This document shows positions 57,401 to 64,000 of a DNA stretch of 64,000 bases, piece after piece. Source of the stretch: Eledone cirrhosa (lineage: Eukaryota); contig OZ024740.1 of the NCBI GenBank assembly GCA_964016885.1, forward strand, positions 82,336,001 to 82,400,000. Direction: 5' to 3'. The translations under genes were made by a program, and so were the position numbers. The notes beneath the pieces were generated by a model. The model was not told where the DNA came from, did not search any database, and worked only from the letters and a program-made list of their open reading frames with translations. Within the stretch, counting starts at the first letter, position 1; each line of letters starts with the position of its first letter.

Positions 57401-59957
57401 AACTAAGTACTCCGCCAGTTCGCCGAAAATCATGAATGTTTGTTTCCTATAGAATTGTAATAATAATCAGGAACTTATTATACAGAGCAGTTGCCCGTCT
57501 AGCAGAAATCGAAAATTAGAATTGGTGCTCTGAAATGGCGATATATATATGAATGTATACATAGAGTAATTAGCAATACACTGTATGCTTAAGTAAAAGC
57601 ATTTCGAAGACCTTACGCTATTGTTTTAGAGTAGTGACAGTCTCACTTATTTTAATTTTCAGCAAACAGGGGAGATAAAGCTGACAGAGCTCTGTTTCGC
57701 ACTGTTTGCTGCTTATCAAAGCTAAGTACCCGGACTGTTCGCTGAAAATTCTAAAAGTTTGATTCTTATAGAATTCTAGTAATAATCAGGAAATGATTAT
57801 ACAGAAAGGTTGCCGGTCAAGCAGAAATTGAAAATTAGAATTGGTGCTCTGAAATGGCGATATATATATATGAATGTATATATAGTGTATTTCGCAATAC
57901 AATGTATGCTTATTTTAAAAGATTTCGAAGACTTTACGCTATTATTTTCGAGTATTGAAAGTCTCAATTACTTTAATTTTCATCAAACAGGGGAGAGAAA
58001 GCTGACAGAGCTCTGTTTCGCACTTTTTGGTGGTTATCTAACTAAGTACCCCGCCCGTTCGCTGAAAATCATGAATGTTTGTTTCCTATAGAATTGTAGT
58101 AATAATCAGGAACTGATTATACAGAGCGGTTGCCGGCCAAGCAGAAATTGAAAATTAGAATTGGTGCTCTAAAAAAGCGATACGTATAGATATGAATGTA
58201 TATATAGTGTATTTTGCAATACACTGTATGATTAATTAAAAACATTTCGAAGACTTTACGCTATTGTTTTAGAGTAGTGACAGTCTCACTTACTTTAATT
58301 TTCAGCAAACAGGGGACTTAAAGCTGACAGAGCTCTGTTTCACACTTGTTGGTGCTTATCATACTAAGTAATCCTACTGTTTGCTGAAAATCATGAATGT
58401 TTGATTCTTATAGAATTGTAGTAATAATCAGGAACTGATTATACAGATCAGTTGCAGACCAAGCACAAATTGAAAATTAGAATTGGTGCTCTGAAATAGC
58501 GATATATATATGAATATATATATAGTGTATTTTGCAATACACTGTATGCTTAATTAAAAACATTTCGAAGACCTTACGCTATTGTTTTAGAGTAGTGACA
58601 GTCTCACTTACTTTAATTTTCAGCAAACAGTGGAGATAAAGCTGACAGAACTCTGCTTCGCACTTGTTGGTGCTTATCAAAGCTAAGTAATCCGACCGTT
58701 CGCTGAAAATCACGAATGTTTGATTTTTATCGATTTTTATTAATAATCAGAACTGATATTACAGAGCGGTTGCCGGTCAAGCAGAAATTGAAAATTAGAA
58801 TTGGTGCTCTGAAATAGCGATATATATATTAATGTATATATAGTGTATTTTTCAATAGACTCTATGTTTAATTAAAAGCATCTCGAAGACTTTACTCTAT
58901 TGGTTTAGTGTAGTGACAGTCTCACTTACTTTAATCTTCAGCAAACAGGGGAGATAAAGCTGACAGAGCTCTGTTTCGCACTATGGATGCTTATCATGCG
59001 TAGTAATCCGTCTGTCCGCTGAAAATCATGAATGTTTGATTCTTATAGAATTCTAGTAATAATCAGGAACTGATTATTCAGAGCAGTTTCCGGTCAAGCA
59101 GATATTTAAAATTAGAATTGGTGCTTTGAAATAGCGATATATATATGAATATATACATACTGTAATTAGAAATACACTGTATGCTTAAGTAAAAGCATTT
59201 CGAAGACCTTACGCTATTGTTTTAGAGTAGTGAAGTCTCACTTATTTCATTTTTAGCAAACAGGGGAGATAACGCTGACAGAGCTCTGTTTCGCACTTTT
59301 TGTTGCGTATCATGCTAAGTAGCCGACTGTTAGCTGAAAATCATGAATGTTTGGTTCTTATAGAACTCTAGTAATAATCAGGAACTGATTATACAGACTG
59401 GTTGCCGCTCAAGCAGAAATTGAAAATTAGAAATGGTGCTCTGAAATAGCGATATAGACAAGAATGTATACATAGTGTAGTTAGAAATACACTGTATGCC
59501 TAAGTGAAAGCATTTCGAAGACCATACGCTATTATTTTAGAGTAGTGACAGTCTCACTTATATAATTTTTAGCAAACAGGTGAGATAAAGCTGACAGAAC
59601 TCTGTTTCGCACTTGTTGGTCCTTATCAAAGCTAAGTAATCCGACCTTTCGCTGAAATTCATGAATGTTTGTTGCTTATAGAATTCTAGTAATAATCAGG
59701 AACTGATTATATAGAGTGGTAGCCGGTCAAGCAGAAATTGTAAATCAGAATTGGCGCTCTGAAATAGCGATATATATATGAATGTATATATAGTGTATTT
59801 TTCAGCACACTGTATGCTTTAATTAAAAGCATTTCTAAGATCTTATGCTATTGTTTTAGAGTAGCGACAGTCTCAATTACTTTAATTTTCAGTCAACAGG
59901 GGAGATAAAGCTGACAGAGCCCTGTTTCGCACTTTTTGGTGTTTATCAAAGCTAAGA
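54465..59957. repeat. Satellite array, ~318-bp monomer, about 17 diverged copies
   Basis: AAACAGGGG..AAAGCTGACAGAG recurs at ~54479, 54797, 55118, 55436, 55753 ... 59573, 59893. Confidence 0.95.
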
Positions 59958-60057
59958 AATTAGAAAATAGAATAGCTTTCACCTTATTTTTGACTAAAGG
60001 AATTTCAGCGTGATAATGGGGTTTAGAACCCTCAGATAAATGGAAAAAGATGAGTAT

Positions 60058-60128
60058 TGACGTACACGGGAGTCGAACCCACGTCTTTGGTTATCGCGAC
60101 CACTGTGCTACCATTACACCAACACATC
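60058..60128 (-). pseudogene. tRNA-like cloverleaf (pseudo-tRNA or SINE head)
   Basis: rc GATGTGT-TG-GTGTAATGGTAGCAC-A-GTGGT-CGCGATA-ACCAA-AGAC-GTGGGTTCGACTCCCGT-GTACGTC-A; A and B boxes present, anticodon loop lacks U33. Confidence 0.65.
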
Positions 60129-60270
60129 ACCCATCTCTTTCCATTCAAATTAGAAGTTAACTTCTTAGTGAGTTTAAAATGGCTAGTAAGTATGTTTTGA
60201 AACAGTGAGCAGGTTTGAATATTCAATTTTCTAATTTCAAACCTGCTCACTGTTTCAAAACATACTTACT

Positions 60271-60322
<52 letters not shown>

Positions 60323-60591
60323 GTGGAGCAAATATTTACAATAAGTACAAGTAAAGTCTAAACAAGAATCGCTGACTACACAAAAAAGTCTAAACAAAGA
60401 ATCGCTTGTAAAACTGAAAAAAATCAATCTGTGAACGCAGAAATAAATATTTTACAAAACGTTACAAGCGTAGGAAAGCAGGAAGACCAGGCGTTGTTTT
60501 ATGAAACCATTTCGTTGCGATGGACAGAAAAAAATGTTTTAAAAAAAAATAATGATTTCCAAACTTTCGGAAAATCTACTTTGAAAGATAG

Positions 60592-60688
60592 AGACGTATC
60601 TGAGGATCTTGCGATTTCTGAGCCAGGTTCGATCATCGTATCGATCGCGGTTCGAGCTGATCGCCAGAGAAATGGTTGTAATATGTCT
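60592..60688 (+). ncRNA. Type I hammerhead motif with long helix II
   Basis: AGACGTAT-CTGAGGA-TCTTGCGAT..ATCGCCAGA-GAAA-TGGTTG-TA-ATATGTCT. Confidence 0.7.
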
Positions 60689-60749
60689 AACAAATTTTAA
60701 TTCGTCGCACCACTGATTCTCCGTTTCTTATGATATATATATAAAAGTA

Positions 60750-60797
60750 AGCTGTACTGATGAAGGGTAATACCCAGAAAAAGTAGTGTCTGCAGTT
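60750..60797 (+). ncRNA. Minimal type I hammerhead motif
   Basis: CTGTA-CTGATGA-AGGGTAATACCCA-GAAA-AAGTAGTG-TC-TGCAG; GUC site. Confidence 0.72.
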
Positions 60798-60954
60798 CTG
60801 TTTACATGACAACACACGAGCAAGAATGAGAGGCTCCTTGTAATGACATGGCTTTAAAAATGAGGCTTGCTTGCATAATTGCAAACGAATCGAATATTAT
60901 TATTAATATTCGAAAAACTCAGATTCCATTTATATATATATATATATATATAAT

Positions 60955-61148
60955 TGGACCGAGGAAACAATGTTTCCACCAGTCTTTCCAATTGCTAATA
61001 CTTTCTATCCGTCGCAACTCAAGCTAGATGGAGAACACTTGAGATAAAGTGTCTGGCCAAGGACATAACGTATCGCCTGGTCCGGGAATGGAACTCACAA
61101 CCTCACGATTGAGAGTTCACATCTCTAACCACTCAACCACACGCCTTC
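60955..61148 (-). mobile_element. tRNA-derived CORE-type SINE (family B)
   Basis: rc GAAGGCGTGTGGTTGAGTGGTTAGAG..GAGTTCCATTCCC then TGTCCTTGGCCAGACACTTTATCTC (CORE-like). Confidence 0.7.
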
Positions 61149-61396
61149 ATATATATATATCTGGATCAGAGCAAACAGCACGGACACTCTACCTCAAAAT
61201 TATTTTTGAAAAGCATTTAGAAATGCGCAACCGGTAAAAACTTAAAAACTTAAAACCACAACTGAATACTAACCCATACAATCACTAATACTCTTTTATT
61301 CCTAATTAAACCATTTTTCAACTGTGAACAATTTGTCAGCATTTTCTATTCCGTTTACCAATATATAATAACTTGTGTGTTACACCTCTATTCTTT

Positions 61397-61457
<61 letters not shown>

Positions 61458-61761
61458 GCACATAAGGCCATATTACTTTAACGATGGGCATCAGCACTCG
61501 TGTGATTCGACACATCTTTCTTCCGGATAGTTGTCTCACCGATTACACCCGCTTCACCAACCAATTTTCTCCTTTAAATTTAGCACTTCTGAGTTAATAC
61601 AAGTATACGTAAATAATCATGTGTGTTTAGTATACGATCAGTTCACTCTTGAGCGCTGCTCGTAACCTGTAACCCAGTACAACCTGTCACGCTGTCGGGT
61701 CTTCGACGATTAAGCCGGCCAAGTTTACTTGGTGAGGAGGCTGATTTTGGACACCCTACAG

Positions 61762-64000
61762 CAATGGTCGCCAACCTTTTTAAAGCCGAGGAACCCTCTA
61801 AATATTTTGAATTCTTCACGGAACTTTTCAAAAAAAAAAAAAAAATTATTTATTTATTTTAGTGTTTCATGCGTGTGTATGTAATCGAACACAATTAACT
61901 AGTGGCTTTTCTGCTGCTGCGCCTCATCAGTGAGTTTAGAAAATCGAGGTTCAACACTAGTTAATGCCAGTCTCATACACTCGTCAATTGCTGACAGTTT
62001 ATTCATCTTCTTTGTGCAGATTTCTACCAACTGCGAAAACCCTACGCACAAGTAGCGAGATGGGAATAAAGTCAAATATTTAAATGCAAGTTGGCTGATT
62101 TCATTAAACTACCCAATCAAGAATAAGTCGATCCATAGTTCTTTCTTTCTGCTTTCGAATATCACTTTCAGGTCTTCGTTTGAATTCAAATCCATCAACT
62201 GATGTAAGCATTGTGCAGGTAGTAAATTTTTACAATTTCCAGCGTCATTTTCTGCCACTAACTGCTCGATCTCGGTGAACGGGTTTTTTATCCATAAATT
62301 TCCGCTAACAATATCTTTTTCCATCAAGTCAAAATAATCTGAAAAACTTGTGGAAAGCACATTTAAATGAGAAAGAATAATGTTCATTAGATTGCTGGAG
62401 TCAAAATCTTCTCTCTTTTTAAGCTCTATTTCAAGGTTTGAAAGTAATGAGTAATTGTCCGATTCAATTCTTTTTACAAAGATGTTTAATTTTGATTGAA
62501 CATATGTAAGAAAATTGGTTGAAGTAAAAATATCTGCATTGTTACCCTGAAGACACTTATTTAGTTTGTTCAGTTCACCAAAAATGTCTACTAAATAAGC
62601 GAGTTGCACATTCCATTCATTGGTTTCTAATACACTTGCTCTTTCATCATTCTGTTTTTTTAGAAAAAAACTATTATTTCTTCTCTCAGTTCAAAAACTC
62701 TCTTCATAGCATCCCCAAAAGACAGCCAACGCACATCATTGTTCAATAACAATCTATTATAATTACTTCCAGAAGATTCACAAATAGATTCAAACATTAT
62801 AGAATGTTTTGCTCTTGCATCGATCAAATTGATAATGTTGACAATGTCTTTCAGCTGGTCATTTAATATTTGAGCATCTCTGTCATTGAATTTTTTTGAA
62901 CACAAAACCTCTCAATGAATCATACAATGATTTGAAATACAATTTGGGGTCTGTTCTTTAATTTTTGAAATCAAACGAGAATTTTTATCAATCATTACAG
63001 CTGCTCCATCTGTTGTTATTGAAGTCAACTTGCTCTAAGATACACCATTTTTTAAAAAATACTCTTCAATTTTATTGAATATATCTTGACATTTAGTTGT
63101 GATGTCTAATACCAGACAAAACAAATACTCTTCTACTAATTCTTTTTTATCAAGGCCTACAAACCGTACATAGCGAATTAATTGAGCCTTGTTATTAATA
63201 TCCGTAATTTCGTCCACTTGCAGACCAAAACATGTGCTTTTCTTTAGTGTAGTTAATATCTGATTTTCTATATCATAAGAAATATCAATTATCCTTCTTT
63301 TTACGGTATTTGGTGACAATGGTAACAGGCTTAATTTTTCTTTGTCCTTAATACTGCAGCTTTCAAAAAGATTGTCTGTAGCAATTTTTATACTTGGCAG
63401 AATTAACTGTTCTCCTAATGTAAATGGTTTCTTGTTTTTACCAATCAAATGTGAAATTTCAAAAGATGTTCTTGTTAAAGCTTTATTTCTATCTGACTTT
63501 TTACAAAACAAGTCATACATATTAGCTTGTGATATTTTGACGTTGTTTTTCAGCGAAGTAAAGTATTCCAGAGACTTGCTTTTATCATTGGTGTGATTAG
63601 TATCAAGGTGTCTTTTAAGTTTTGCAGGATTTAAACAGCTATTTGATAGAACTTTTGAACATAGCAAACACATGGGCTGATCTGGTGTATCTTTTTTAGT
63701 GTCAGCTTTTTGAAATCCATATCTAACATAATCATCACACCACTGTCTAACCTTACTGCTGGTATCTAACTTCAGCTTCTTTGCACCAGACATCATATCA
63801 AGGTTATTTATCTACACTTAATATTTTTAATATGACGTTAATAAACAAGAGAAATTAAGTTTTTTTTATTACAAAAGTACTTAAATTAGCTTTAATTTTA
63901 GATATTTGGAAAAACTCAACTAGTTAAAAAAGAATTTTAATTTTTAAAAATTGATATTTCTACGTTTTAGGATGGCAAAGATATTATTTAAAGTCTTATA
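61762..64000 (-). mobile_element. hAT Buster/Charlie DNA transposon; other end outside window
   Basis: TIR CAATGGTCGCCAACCTTTTT at 61762, preceded by 8-mer CCCTACAG with central TA. Confidence 0.85.
61899..63796 (-). pseudogene. hAT Buster-type transposase with stops and frameshifts
   Basis: BED finger PMCLLC..LKRHLDTNH, KPFTLGEQLILP, LSPNTVKRRI, LQVDEITD, TTDGA, HCMIH, VRWLS, LAYLVDIFGELNKLNKCLQG, RLALTSVEPRF..QKSH*. Confidence 0.92.

Noticed and set aside
54465-59957. Regular array as CRISPR or coding repeat
   Set aside because: No unique spacers, eukaryotic context and no maintained ORF; it is a satellite
60058-60128. Functional tRNA-Ser(CGA)
   Set aside because: No U33 or purine 37, no long variable arm and a mismatched anticodon stem; kept only as tRNA-like

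Overview
AT-rich, microsatellite-dense, gene-poor animal genomic DNA. The SINE families and repeat style resemble an octopod cephalopod (inference). No host exon could be supported. The window is a nest of mobile elements: at least five decayed Penelope-like retroelement (PLE; RT + C-terminal GIY-YIG) copies, most bordered by (TA)n; a near-intact Chapaev3 (CMC) transposon with a single Trp->TAG stop, directly abutted by a non-autonomous Helitron; an internally deleted RTE LINE; a hAT Buster/Charlie pseudogene; tRNA-derived SINEs; and a ~5.5 kb, ~318-bp satellite. The main hidden signal is about 20 type-I hammerhead ribozyme (HHR) motifs from many unrelated families, most with palindromic helix III. 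They include a 467-bp tandem unit with two perfect HHRs (retrozyme/circRNA-like, 29.4-30.5 kb), small TA-flanked fold-back elements whose inversion points fall in or next to the ribozyme, and an HHR-led unknown coiled-coil ORF. All motif calls were made by eye and none was computed.
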